64,000 bases of DNA from Chloroflexota bacterium (GTDB lineage Bacteria > Chloroflexota > Limnocylindria > P2-11E), in assembly GCA_005887995.1 (NCBI GenBank), contig VBJD01000025.1, forward strand, positions 18,386 to 82,385. Reading direction: 5' to 3'. Of the stretch, positions 47,201 to 56,420 are shown one piece after another. How positions within the stretch are numbered: the first letter of the stretch is position 1; each line of letters begins with the position of its first letter. The notes under the pieces were generated by a model. The model was given only the letters and a program-made list of their open reading frames with translations, had not been told where the DNA came from and made no database searches. Made by a program: the position numbers and the translations under genes.

Positions 47201-48226
47201 CCGACCGCGCCACCGTCGAGTGCCGTGTCCGCGCTGCATGTCTCCGGGAACCGACTGCTCAACGCGCTCGGTCAGCAGGTCCAGCTGCGGGGCGTGAACC
47301 GCTCAGGCGCGGAGTACGCCTGCGTCCAGAACAACGGCATCTTCGAGGGCCCGGTGGACCAGGCGTCGGTGAACGGCATCAAGAGCTGGCACGCCAACGT
47401 CGTGCGCCTGCCGCTCAACGAGCAGTGCTGGCTCGGGATCAACGGCATCAACCCGTCGTACTCGGGCGCCAACTACCGCAACGCGATCGTCAACTACGCG
47501 AACCTGCTCAACCAGAACGGGCTTTACGTCATCCTGGATCTGCACTGGTCGGCACCGGGGACGACGCTTGCCACGCATCAGGTTGCAATGCCCGACCTGG
47601 ACCACTCCCCCGCGTTCTGGTCGAGCGTCGCGAGCACGTTCAAGGGCAACGACGCGGTGATCTTCGAGCTCTTCAACGAGCCCTGGCCGGACAACCAGCA
47701 GGACAGCGTCGCCGCCTGGACCTGCTGGCGCGACGGCGGCACCTGCGCGGGCGTCTCGTACCAGGCCGCGGGCATGCAGACGATGCTCAACTCCGTGCGC
47801 GCCACCGGCGCGACCAACGTCGTGGCCCTCGGTGGCGTCGGCTACGCGAACTACCTTTCGCGCTGGCTGCAGTACAAGCCGAGCGACTCGCTGAACAACC
47901 TCATCGCCGCATGGCACGTGTACACGTTCAATGCGTGCAGCAACGTGACGTGCTGGGACGGCGCGCCGGCGTCGGTGATCGCACAGGTGCCGGTCTCCGT
48001 GACCGAGACCGGCGAAAACCACTGCGACGCCACATGGTGGAACACGCTCCTCGACTGGCTCGATGCGCGCCAGACCGGCTACCAGGCGTGGTCGTGGAGC
48101 AGATGGTCCTCCGCGGACTGCACGTACTCGACCGGTTATGTGTCCCTCAGCGCGCTGATCCAGGACTACGCGGGAACCGCAACGCCTTACGGCCAGATCT
48201 ACAAGAACCACCTGCTGCGCTTCTGA
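44288..48226 (+). CDS. 1312-aa modular secreted glycoside hydrolase: signal peptide, 2 copies of an N-terminal ~120-aa repeat, 3 copies of a ~105-aa Ig/CBM-like repeat separated by Pro/Thr/Ala linkers, an unknown ~200-aa domain, and a C-terminal GH5 catalytic domain
   Basis: GTG start with GAGGGAGG SD. GH5 signatures LRGVNRSG, IFELFNEPW (acid/base Glu), VSVTETGEN (nucleophile Glu). PTPTPTP linkers. Confidence 0.8.
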   Translation: MKRAGALFVLTATIVFVAGGLVAAAPVPPGVSALGLHAVFVDQSPSPTLLPGTITKHTVHFRNVGIAPWQRGGRTQVNLGISGDVTAFAAQGIGSGWLSPNRLATTSEDMVLPGMIGTFTFPLRAPMDPGAYRLPIRPVVDGITWLEDGAPPVVLTSDLGFHSSVVEVSRHSVLHPGDVSTLTVKIRNTGARTWTKGQLGQQVNLGVVGDDKFLGALGVGWPTPDRVAIQSEPTVIPGGLATFIFRVRGPSLPGVYPLRLRPVVDGVTWLEDDDVVSLITVAAPGAPTTPAPAAEPAGTTLTTMNAAVPAVSGPSFQLAATVDPTSVVTGGTAKITARFATSDSSSGNVLGVLVHAPATDALAYQKWFHNENFAAGDSRGYSVLWQVPAGSNTGTYTVELAVYSSGWKTLYAADASAASFGVSAPSPGPGATPTPTVQPPSPTPSASATAAPSGTPGSSATASPTAVPATTPPATTPPATSSPSPSPTAAPSFVLGSSATPASVSPGGSVTITSTATSATAATAIVDVQIYAPNATTSSYQVYYQDQTFSAGQQLSFPTSWAVPPSAATGTYRVVVRAYSSGWATLYSVSDPAATFAVSVAPTPTPTPTPVPTATPTVAPTATPSLATVAYRGGSTNSAPSGLSLTLTVPAGVQNGDLLVATVADWPGVLTGPSGWTRALLPSANQGLWYRVASNEPASYTWTGSLNGTWSAVMDVFSGVSTSTPLDVTPLVSSGAVASVAWPVMASATDQAWHLVVSSENNNTDTISVPAGYTARSATAGSSFIRSSTRLITPAGLVAASATETSTSPNWHAFSVILRPGVAGAPLPTPAPTTAPTSTPAPTATPAPSFTSSGTLSPASLPAGGTTQITDAVTSATTTSALVDIEIWDPTAATKVFQVWYDNQTFAAAQTRNYATSWTAPAGSTAGTYDVRLCVYTAGWTQKYGCNSVGLAVTASAATPTPAPTPTPAPVPTAPPSSAVSALHVSGNRLLNALGQQVQLRGVNRSGAEYACVQNNGIFEGPVDQASVNGIKSWHANVVRLPLNEQCWLGINGINPSYSGANYRNAIVNYANLLNQNGLYVILDLHWSAPGTTLATHQVAMPDLDHSPAFWSSVASTFKGNDAVIFELFNEPWPDNQQDSVAAWTCWRDGGTCAGVSYQAAGMQTMLNSVRATGATNVVALGGVGYANYLSRWLQYKPSDSLNNLIAAWHVYTFNACSNVTCWDGAPASVIAQVPVSVTETGENHCDATWWNTLLDWLDARQTGYQAWSWSRWSSADCTYSTGYVSLSALIQDYAGTATPYGQIYKNHLLRF

Positions 48227-48334
48227 CCTCAGTCTCAACGTCTGACCGCACGCGGCCTTAACGCTGCGGGCAGGTCATATACGCATGCGGTCAGTGTGTA
48301 TCTGCGTCCTTATGTGCGCACGTCGCGCCGCGTC

Positions 48335-49504
48335 ATGAAGATCCTCTGGATCCCTCACCTGCCGTGGGCGCGAATGACGGGACAGCGCGAATGGCACCTC
48401 ATCAGGCGGTTGCTTCCGCGCGGCCACGAGGTCCACGTCGTCACGTGGGACCTGGTCCGCCCCAAGACGCTCCTGCGCACGATCGCGCCGGGGACCGAGC
48501 GCGACGGCACGCTCGTGATCCATCGCGCGCCTCGCCTGCCGAACCCGATCGGTCGCGTGACTCGGAACTACGCACGCGGGTTCCTTCCCAACGAGTGGCT
48601 CTTCCGCCGGCATGTTCGCGAGATCGCCGCCGCAGGATCATTCGATCTCTTCGTGTACGGCATCAGCCACAAGGCCGTCGGGCTTCCGCCCTTCGACGTC
48701 CCGCTCCCCCGCGTTTTCGACTACCTGGATCTCGTGGTGTATCCGGATATCGAAGAGGCGTACCTGTGCAACAGCGACATGGTGCTCTGCACCTCCGGCG
48801 TGCTCGTCGACCGCGTGCGCGGTCTGGGCGGCCGGCCTCAGTACCTCCCGAACGGCGTCGACGCGGCGCGGATCGCTTCGGGACGGGCCGACATCGTCCG
48901 CCGCAAGCTCGGCCTCGAGGGCAAGACGGTCGTGAGCCTGATCGGGCTCACCTGCAGTCCGACGCTGTTCTTCATCGACGCGATCGCCGCGGCGGCGCGC
49001 GCCGTTCCCAACATCGTCTTCGTCGCGGTCGGCGGCGCGGGCTGGCTTCCGCACGAGGGGCTCGGCCGATTCGAGGCGCGCTGCCGCAAGCGCGGCGTGC
49101 CGTTCATCGCGACCGGACCGCTCCCGCACGACGCGGTCGCCGACTACTACGCGGCGACGGACGTCGGGCTGTATCCCGGTGACGCGAATCCGTACTTCGA
49201 CGCGGCCTGCCCGCTCAAAGTCCTCGAGTACTCGGCCGCGGGCAAGCCGGTGGTCGCGACGGATCTCGCGGAGCTCCGGCGTCTCGCGTTCCCGAACGTG
49301 TATCTCGCGCCGCCGACGCCTGAGGCGTTCGCGGCGGCGATCGTGCGCGCGCTCGGTGAGCGGACCGCGATGCCGGACCTCGCGCCGTTCGAGTGGGACG
49401 CGCTCGCGTTGCAGTTCGAGAGCGCTTGCGAGGCGCTCATCGCCGAGCGGCGGATCGTGACCATGCCCGCGCAGCCGGAGCACGCGTTTCCGAGGACAGC
49501 CTGA
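48335..49504 (+). CDS. GT4-family (GT-B) glycosyltransferase
   Basis: ATG at 48335 (MKILWIPHLPW); C-terminal EX7E-like region (VLEYSAAGKPVVATD). Confidence 0.75.
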   Translation: MKILWIPHLPWARMTGQREWHLIRRLLPRGHEVHVVTWDLVRPKTLLRTIAPGTERDGTLVIHRAPRLPNPIGRVTRNYARGFLPNEWLFRRHVREIAAAGSFDLFVYGISHKAVGLPPFDVPLPRVFDYLDLVVYPDIEEAYLCNSDMVLCTSGVLVDRVRGLGGRPQYLPNGVDAARIASGRADIVRRKLGLEGKTVVSLIGLTCSPTLFFIDAIAAAARAVPNIVFVAVGGAGWLPHEGLGRFEARCRKRGVPFIATGPLPHDAVADYYAATDVGLYPGDANPYFDAACPLKVLEYSAAGKPVVATDLAELRRLAFPNVYLAPPTPEAFAAAIVRALGERTAMPDLAPFEWDALALQFESACEALIAERRIVTMPAQPEHAFPRTA

Positions 49505-50694
49505 TGAGCGGAATCGGTCGCGTGCTCGTCGTGATCGGGACACGCCCCGAAGCGATCAAGCTCGCGCCGGTCGTCCACGCGCTGCGGACGGGTCCGGAGA
49601 AGCTCGAGACGAAGGTCTGCGTGACGGGACAGCATCGCGAGATGCTCGAGCCAGTCCTCCGGCTGTTCGAGCTCGAGCCCGATCACGACCTTCAGCTCAT
49701 GACACCGAACCAAACGCTCGCCGGTCTCACGTCGAGCCTCATCATGAGCCTCAGCGCGACGATCAAGCAGGAGCGGCCGGACTGGGTCGTCGTTCAGGGC
49801 GACACGACCACCGCGCTCGGCGCCGGTCTCGCGGCGTTCTACGAGGGCGCGCACATCGCGCACGTCGAAGCGGGGCTGCGCACTGACGAGAAGCGCTGTC
49901 CGTTCCCGGAAGAAGCGAATCGCCGGATGGTCGATCTCCTCTCCGACGTTCACTTCGCGCCGACCGAACGTGCGCGGCGCAATCTCCTGCGCGAAGGGGT
50001 CGATCCGTTCGGCGTGCATGTCACCGGCAACACCGTCATCGACGCGCTGCAGCAGGTGGTCTCACGCCCGTACGACGTCTCATCGGGACCCCTCGCGGGC
50101 ATCGCGTTCGACCGGCGGATCGTCCTCGTCACCGCGCATCGCCGCGAAAGCTTCGGCAAGCCGCTCGCCGGGATCTGTCGCGCGCTGAGGGAGCTCGCCG
50201 ACCAGATCGAGAATATCCAGATCGTGTACCCCGTCCATCTGAATCCCAACGTGCGCGACACGGTGCACGCTCACCTCGGCGGACATCCGCGTATCGCGCT
50301 CATCCCTCCGCTCGACTACGCGTCGCTCATCCAGCTGATGCGCCGCAGCACGATCGTGCTGACCGACTCGGGCGGCATCCAGGAGGAGGCGCCCAGCTTC
50401 GGTATCCCGGTCCTCGTCCTGCGGCCCGCGACGGAGCGGCCCGAGGCGGTCGAAGCGGGCTGCGCCCGCATCGTGGGGACGGACGCCACGCGCATCGTCC
50501 GCGAGGCGCGACGCCTCCTCGAGGACGAGGTCGCGTACCAGCGGATGGCCCGCGTCGCGAATCCGTTCGGCGATGGACGCGCGGGCGAGCGCATCGCCGC
50601 GGTCCTGCACTCCGAAATGCGCGGCGAGAGCGTCGCGCGGTCGCCGCAGCTCGCGTTCGTGCCGCCGACGAGCCTGAGCGAGGCTGCGTCATAG
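49504..50694 (+). CDS. wecB: UDP-N-acetylglucosamine 2-epimerase (non-hydrolysing)
   Basis: ATG at 49504 overlaps the upstream stop (TGATG); VLVVIGTRPEAIKLAPV, VQGDTTT, HVEAGLRT, GNTVIDAL. Confidence 0.88.
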   Translation: MSGIGRVLVVIGTRPEAIKLAPVVHALRTGPEKLETKVCVTGQHREMLEPVLRLFELEPDHDLQLMTPNQTLAGLTSSLIMSLSATIKQERPDWVVVQGDTTTALGAGLAAFYEGAHIAHVEAGLRTDEKRCPFPEEANRRMVDLLSDVHFAPTERARRNLLREGVDPFGVHVTGNTVIDALQQVVSRPYDVSSGPLAGIAFDRRIVLVTAHRRESFGKPLAGICRALRELADQIENIQIVYPVHLNPNVRDTVHAHLGGHPRIALIPPLDYASLIQLMRRSTIVLTDSGGIQEEAPSFGIPVLVLRPATERPEAVEAGCARIVGTDATRIVREARRLLEDEVAYQRMARVANPFGDGRAGERIAAVLHSEMRGESVARSPQLAFVPPTSLSEAAS

Positions 50695-50699
50695 CGCGC

Positions 50700-52808
50700 A
50701 TGCCCGGCGGCGGGTTCACCGCTCTCTTCGTCGTCGCGCTCGTGCTCGCGACGACGCCGCCATCGGCGCTCGCGGCTGCGGCGATCTCGCCGCTGCACGT
50801 GGACGGGAATCGACTCGTCGACGCGTCAGGTGCTCAGGTGGTGCTGCGCGGCGTAAGCCGCTCAGGGACGGAGTTCGCGTGCGTGAACGAAGGTGGATTC
50901 GGGATCTCGCTCGGTCCGCTCGACCAGGGTTCCGTCGACGGCATCAAGAGCTGGCACCAGAACACCCTGCGCCTGCCCCTCAACGAGGACTGCTGGCTCG
51001 GGATCAACGGCGTCAACCCGGCCTACTCCGGAGCGAACTACCGCCAGGCGATCGCGAGCTACGTGAGCCTGCTCAATCAGAACGGGCTCTACGTCATCCT
51101 GGACCTGCACTGGAGCGCGCCGGGGACGACGCTTGCGACGCACCAGCAGACGATGGCCGACCTCGACCACGCCGTCGACTTCTGGTCGAGCGTCGCGAAC
51201 ACGTTCAAAGGCAATGACGCCGTGATCTTCGAGCTGTTCAACGAGCCCGTGCCCGATGGATCGCAGGACAGCGACGCGGCCTGGACCTGCTGGCGCGACG
51301 GCGGGACGTGCCCGGGCGTCGCGTTCCAGACCGCAGGCATGCAGACCTTGCTCAACGCGGTGCGCGCGACCGGCGCGACGAACGTGGTCGCGCTCGGCGG
51401 CGTCGGCTATGCGACATACCTCACGCGCTGGCTTCAGTACCGGCCGACCGATCCGGTGAACAACCTCATCGCCGCATGGCACGTCTACAACTTCAACATC
51501 TGCAACAGCGCGAGCTGCTGGGACGCGATGGTCCCTCAGCTCATGGCACTGGCCCCGGTGCTCGTCACCGAGACGGGGATGGATGCGTGCGACGCCACGT
51601 GGTGGAACGCGCTCCTTGACTGGCTCGACGCGCGTCAGATCGGGTACCTCGCGTGGACCTGGAACCGCTGGAGCACCGACTGCAGCTCGCGCGCGCTGGT
51701 CACCGACTACTACGCCGCGACGCCGACGCAGTACGGCAGCATCTACAAGACGCATCTCGCCAGCCTTCCAACCGACACGGCGACGACGGTCTCATCGAGC
51801 GCGCCGCGATCGGTCGAGGGTCAGGCGGTCACATTCACCGCGACCGTGAGCTCGCGCGCCGGCGGCGACGTGCCGAGCGGAAGCGTCGCGTTCGCTGTGG
51901 ACAGCACTGACGCCGTGAGCGCCTCTCTCGATCCGGCAGGGGTCGCGACCGCCACCCTGACGTTCCCCGACGACGGCGCTCATAGCATCGTCGCGCGCTA
52001 CCTGGGTGCGCCGCGCTTCGCGCCGAGCGCGAGCGCGCCGCTCGCGCAACAGGTCGCGAATGCCGCGCCGACCGCCGGGCCGCTCGCGGGACCCTCCGAC
52101 CCAGTTGCCGTGAGCGCGCAGGTCGCGCTCAGCGGCGCGTTCACCGATCCCGGCACCGCCGATACGCACACGGCGATCGTCGACTCGGGCGACGGTACGG
52201 CGGCTACGCCGGCGACCGTCACGGAAACGCTCGGGTCCGGCACGATCAGCGCGAGCCACGCATACGGAGTGGCAGGCGGCTATCGCGTCACGGTGACGAT
52301 CGCCGACGACGACGGCGCTTCCGCTCAGACCACGCTCGAGGCCCTCGTCGTGTTCGATCCGGCCGCCGGCTCCGCGCGCGGCGCCGGCTGGTTCTCGTCA
52401 CCAGCCGGCGCCTACGTTTCGGACACGACCGCTGCGGGTCGGGCGTTCTTCGGATTCCTCGCCCGATATCAGAAGGACGGGGCCGTCCCATTCGCGCAGC
52501 CGGGCTTCCGCCTCAAGACGGATCGCTTCGCGTTCGACAGCACGGCATACGACTGGCTCGTGGTCACCGGCGCGAAAGCGCAGCTTCACGGTTCGGGTCG
52601 CGTGAATGGAAACGCAGGTTACGCCTTCCTCGTCTCCGCGATCGACGGTGATCGGATCGGTAAGGACGTTCCGGACAGGCTGCGCATCAAGATCTGGGAC
52701 GCGGCCAGCGGCGCCGTGCTGTATGACACCCAGGCGGGCGACCCGGATGGTGCGGACCCCGTTCGCGTCCTGGGCGGCGGCAGCCTCGTCGTCGGCCAAG
52801 GTCCCTGA
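50700..52808 (+). CDS. Secreted GH5 glycoside hydrolase with C-terminal Ig-like/PKD-like domains; catalytic domain paralogous to that of the 1312-aa protein
   Basis: Signal peptide; LRGVSRSG, IFELFNEPV, VLVTETGMD; PKD-like segment (TAIVDSGDGTAAT...SHAYGVAGGYRVTVTIADDDGAS). Confidence 0.82.
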   Translation: MPGGGFTALFVVALVLATTPPSALAAAAISPLHVDGNRLVDASGAQVVLRGVSRSGTEFACVNEGGFGISLGPLDQGSVDGIKSWHQNTLRLPLNEDCWLGINGVNPAYSGANYRQAIASYVSLLNQNGLYVILDLHWSAPGTTLATHQQTMADLDHAVDFWSSVANTFKGNDAVIFELFNEPVPDGSQDSDAAWTCWRDGGTCPGVAFQTAGMQTLLNAVRATGATNVVALGGVGYATYLTRWLQYRPTDPVNNLIAAWHVYNFNICNSASCWDAMVPQLMALAPVLVTETGMDACDATWWNALLDWLDARQIGYLAWTWNRWSTDCSSRALVTDYYAATPTQYGSIYKTHLASLPTDTATTVSSSAPRSVEGQAVTFTATVSSRAGGDVPSGSVAFAVDSTDAVSASLDPAGVATATLTFPDDGAHSIVARYLGAPRFAPSASAPLAQQVANAAPTAGPLAGPSDPVAVSAQVALSGAFTDPGTADTHTAIVDSGDGTAATPATVTETLGSGTISASHAYGVAGGYRVTVTIADDDGASAQTTLEALVVFDPAAGSARGAGWFSSPAGAYVSDTTAAGRAFFGFLARYQKDGAVPFAQPGFRLKTDRFAFDSTAYDWLVVTGAKAQLHGSGRVNGNAGYAFLVSAIDGDRIGKDVPDRLRIKIWDAASGAVLYDTQAGDPDGADPVRVLGGGSLVVGQGP

Positions 52809-52809
52809 G

Positions 52810-53862
52810 ATGGAGATGCTCGTGCTTGACGAGGTCGACGAGGTCGTGGACCTTCCACCGATCGCGGGAGTGCGCATCCCGCGGTGGGACCTTGGGGCTC
52901 TGGGGCCTCGGACCTGTCCGCTCTGCCATTCGACGAACCGCGCATCGCTCAGGCGGCCCGACGCTCTGCCCGTCGCGTATTGCCGCCGCTGTGCGCTCTG
53001 GTACGTCTGCGAGGCCCCCTCCGATGATCAAGTGGCCCGCTTCTACGACAACTACTGGGGAGGCCATCGGCCAGCCGAGCTTTCGGCTCCCTCGGCGGCG
53101 CAAATGATGCAGCAGCTCAGCGTGGAGGGCCAGCTCCCATCGGTCGGCGGATATGAACGCATCCTTCCGAAGCTCGCGGCTGCGCTGGGAGGATTACGGG
53201 GAAAGCGCATCCTCGAAGTCGGTTGCGGCTACGGATCCCTTCTGCTTGCCGCGAGGCTACAGGGCGCCCAGGTCATCGGAAATGACATCTCGGGCGACGC
53301 CGTTCGCTTCCTGCGCGAGCAGCTCAACATCCCGGGGTTTGACGTTCCCTTTGCGCAATGCGTCAAAGAGATCGGGTCGGTCGATGCCGTCATGATGGTG
53401 GACCTCATCGAGCACCCGACCGATCCGGTGTGCCTCATCGAGACGGCGTGGGCCGCGTTGCGCCCTGGCGGCGTCCTTCTGCTGTGGACGCCGAACGGCG
53501 GCGCTGCCGGCGCCGTGACGAGTCAGGCGCGTGAGTGGCTCGGCTTCCGGGTCGACCTCGAGCATCTTCAATACTTGTCGGCCGCGACGGTCGTAGCCAT
53601 CGCGTCACGCCACGGCTGGGCCATCGAGCATCTGGAGTCGCTCGGCTTCCCCGATCTGGCGACCGTCGCCTATCGCCCTCCGAAGAGATCGGTCGTCGCT
53701 CGGTTGCGTCGCTTCGCGTACCGGTCTCTACCGAGGACCCGGGTGACGGCCACCGCGCTTCGCGCTGCTCGCGCACTCCGCCGCTGGGCCGCTCCGGAGA
53801 GCAAGGTCGACGCTTCTCAGGGTGTGTACAACCTGTTCGCGATCCTCAGACGTCCCACCTAA
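52810..53862 (+). CDS. Class I SAM-dependent methyltransferase
   Basis: ATG at 52810 (MEMLVLDE...); motif I ILEVGCGYGSLLL; post-I acidic IGNDIS. Confidence 0.7.
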   Translation: MEMLVLDEVDEVVDLPPIAGVRIPRWDLGALGPRTCPLCHSTNRASLRRPDALPVAYCRRCALWYVCEAPSDDQVARFYDNYWGGHRPAELSAPSAAQMMQQLSVEGQLPSVGGYERILPKLAAALGGLRGKRILEVGCGYGSLLLAARLQGAQVIGNDISGDAVRFLREQLNIPGFDVPFAQCVKEIGSVDAVMMVDLIEHPTDPVCLIETAWAALRPGGVLLLWTPNGGAAGAVTSQAREWLGFRVDLEHLQYLSAATVVAIASRHGWAIEHLESLGFPDLATVAYRPPKRSVVARLRRFAYRSLPRTRVTATALRAARALRRWAAPESKVDASQGVYNLFAILRRPT

Positions 53863-53895
53863 CTCGGGCCGCGCGAACGATTCGCTGCGCCGTTT

Positions 53896-55389
53896 TCATC
53901 CCACCTCCTCGTGAACCGGCTGGCCGACCGGCTCGATGACGGCGCGCTGTCCCCGGCGCGCGCCGATGAGCGTGGCGATCGCGTGCAGGTCTGTCGGTCC
54001 GATCGCGCGCAGTGCGACGACGCCGACGCCATAGACGAGCAGTGCGAGCGGGACCATCGAGGCGAGCGTGGTCGCGCCGCTGAGGAGGACCATGAGTCCC
54101 GCCGCGACCGCTGCGACCGCCGCTTTCGCGACCGTTCGAACGCTCTCTCCCGTCAACAGGTCGCGAGGCGTGATCCGGATGGTCCACATCAGAAGGCCGA
54201 GCTCCGTCAGCGTCGTCACTGCGGCGGCCCCGTCCTGCGCGAAGCGTGGGATCGCGATGAGGTTCGCGCCGACGTTCAAGAACGCGAACGCAGTGGCCAT
54301 CGCGAGAAGATGCTTCTCGCGACCGAGCGCAAAGAGCGCATACCCGATGACCGAGTTGAGATAGAGCAGGAAGAGGCCCGGCGCGAGCAGCCGAAGCGCG
54401 CTCGTGGCTGGCGAGTACGCATCAGCGGAGTAGAGGATCCCGACGATCTGGTCGGCGCAGAGCACGAAGATGAGAACCACCGCGCCGCCGACGATCGTGA
54501 GGAGCGAGAGCGCTTTCGCGATGACCATGCGCAGCTCCGCGCGTGGACCGACTGACATGCGCGAGTACATCGGATAGAGGACGCGCGTTACGACGATCGA
54601 CTCGAGGATCGTCGCGGCGTTGAAGAGACGATAGGCCGCCGCGTACCAGCCGACGTTCTCGGCCGGAGCCATCCCCTCCAGCATGACGAGGTCGACGTTG
54701 AAGTAGAACGTGCCGACGACGCCGTAGGCGCCGATCGGTAGCGCGGTCCGGAGGAGATCGAGGGCGCGACGCGGCGCCAGCGCCCACCGGATCTCTGAAT
54801 GCCGCCGGAGTGCGGCGATGAGGATGCCGGCGCAGACCGTCGCCCCGATGAGGAACGCGAGCGAGATCAGGAAAAGGCTGGGCCGCGGCAGGAGGACGAG
54901 GATCGCGACGCCGACGACCGCGGCCACGATCCGGTAGGCGACGGACGAGAGTGATAGCAAGGAGAACTCCTCGCGGCCCTGCAGATACGCGGCGATCGCG
55001 CCGCCCCAGGCCACGAACAGCGCGGCGACGGCGAGCACGACGATGGCGCCGCGCAGGTCATCGTCGTACCCGAGGAAGATCGTCGCGAGCATCAGGACCG
55101 GCAGCGCGGCGAGCCAGAGCGCGGTCCGAATGAGTAGCGTCGTCGCGACCAGGCCATCCTCCCGCCCCCCGCGCTGTGCCACGGTCCTGCTGACCAGCGT
55201 GGTCGTGCCGAAGTCGACGAAGATCGTCAGGAACGCCGCGTAGGCAAGCGCGAGAGAGAGCTGGCCGAACCGCGAGGGTTCGAGGTGCCGCGCCTGCACC
55301 ACGGTGAACGCGAAGGTGGCGACCCAGATCGCCAGCTGGGATGTACCGACGATGAGGATGTTCTGCGCGGTCCGTCGGAGGCTGGTCAT
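53896..55389 (-). CDS. wzx: Wzx-like polysaccharide flippase (MOP/PST family)
   Basis: ATG at 55389 gives a 497-aa protein with about 12-14 TM helices and a polysacc_synt-like N-terminus (ILIVGTSQLAIWVATF). The large upstream part of ORF 53896..56949 is spurious. Confidence 0.75.
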   Translation of the reverse strand: MTSLRRTAQNILIVGTSQLAIWVATFAFTVVQARHLEPSRFGQLSLALAYAAFLTIFVDFGTTTLVSRTVAQRGGREDGLVATTLLIRTALWLAALPVLMLATIFLGYDDDLRGAIVVLAVAALFVAWGGAIAAYLQGREEFSLLSLSSVAYRIVAAVVGVAILVLLPRPSLFLISLAFLIGATVCAGILIAALRRHSEIRWALAPRRALDLLRTALPIGAYGVVGTFYFNVDLVMLEGMAPAENVGWYAAAYRLFNAATILESIVVTRVLYPMYSRMSVGPRAELRMVIAKALSLLTIVGGAVVLIFVLCADQIVGILYSADAYSPATSALRLLAPGLFLLYLNSVIGYALFALGREKHLLAMATAFAFLNVGANLIAIPRFAQDGAAAVTTLTELGLLMWTIRITPRDLLTGESVRTVAKAAVAAVAAGLMVLLSGATTLASMVPLALLVYGVGVVALRAIGPTDLHAIATLIGARRGQRAVIEPVGQPVHEEVG

Positions 55390-55394
55390 CGCTC

Positions 55395-56420
55395 TCAGGC
55401 GACGTGTCGGTACGCGACCCGACCTGCAGCGGCGAGGACCGTCACGGGCAGGTGCGGCCCGATCGACCTTGCGACGCCGCCGACCCACGACGGCCGGCGC
55501 CGATCGACGGGTGCCGGCGGGTAGCGGAGGTACACGAGCTCGGAGCGCAGCGCGCCGAAACGTTCCTTGAACTGCGCGAGGCCCGCGTTCGTCGCCTCGA
55601 CGCGACCCATGTCGAGCCACGACGCGCCGTGCGCCTTGCCGCTCGCGATGCTGCGCCACATGAGCGACTTCCCCATTCCGGCGCGGTCCAGCACCGGATG
55701 CGACGCGCTGTATTTCCACATCAGCTTGTCGCGGAACAGGATCGTCACCAAGCCGGCGATGGGCACGTCGCCATCGAGCAGGAGGTGGATATCGAGCATC
55801 TCGCCGAGGCACGCTGCGAGATTGCGGAACCACGCGTGGGGCTGCGGCGGCACGCCCTGCGTCGAGCGCGTCAACACGTGCAGCTTGAAGTACGCGTCGA
55901 CGAAGGTGCGGTCGCGGCCTACGACGTGACGCAGCTGACTGCGCTCGGCCCGTCGGATGTCCTTGCGGTTGTCGTACCTGATGCCCTTGAAGAGCGCCTC
56001 GAGATCCGGTCGCAGGTCGATCGCGTAGTGGTAGGAGGGCTCCTCGGATTCGAATCTGGACAGCCCGCCGCAAGGGATGAGTGGTCGAGTCTGCACATAC
56101 CGCCATCCGCTGCGCCGCGCCTCGGACGCGACGCGTTCGAGAATCTCCCCAAGACTCGTGGGATCGTCGACGAGCGGCTCGCAGTGGTCCGAGAACGGCA
56201 GCGAGACGAGGCGCCGGCCGGTGAGCCAGCTCGTGACGACGCAGAACGGTATCGCGCTGCGCAAGTGCTCGCCGCCCTTGGCATAGCCGACCGGCGTGAA
56301 GCCGTAGGTGCGTCGGAGCGCGTCGAGCCACTCGGGCGTGTGGAACGCGGACGCGCGCGGATCCTGCCACACGCGCTCGCGCCAGCGCCAGTCGACAAGC
56401 GGGTCGAAGGTGCTGATCAT
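55395..56420 (-). CDS. FemAB-like / GNAT-fold (Acetyltransf_6, CelD-like) protein: putative aminoacyl or acyl transferase
   Basis: ATG at 56420 (MISTFDPLVDWRWRERVWQD...); 341 aa; overall similarity to the BioF2/FemAB-like acyltransferase family by eye. Confidence 0.6.
   Translation of the reverse strand: MISTFDPLVDWRWRERVWQDPRASAFHTPEWLDALRRTYGFTPVGYAKGGEHLRSAIPFCVVTSWLTGRRLVSLPFSDHCEPLVDDPTSLGEILERVASEARRSGWRYVQTRPLIPCGGLSRFESEEPSYHYAIDLRPDLEALFKGIRYDNRKDIRRAERSQLRHVVGRDRTFVDAYFKLHVLTRSTQGVPPQPHAWFRNLAACLGEMLDIHLLLDGDVPIAGLVTILFRDKLMWKYSASHPVLDRAGMGKSLMWRSIASGKAHGASWLDMGRVEATNAGLAQFKERFGALRSELVYLRYPPAPVDRRRPSWVGGVARSIGPHLPVTVLAAAGRVAYRHVA

Noticed and set aside
46351-48261. 636-aa plus-strand and 47303..48238 minus-strand ORFs overlapping the GH5 domain
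   Set aside because: Out-of-frame or antisense to a gene with clear GH5 catalytic signatures.
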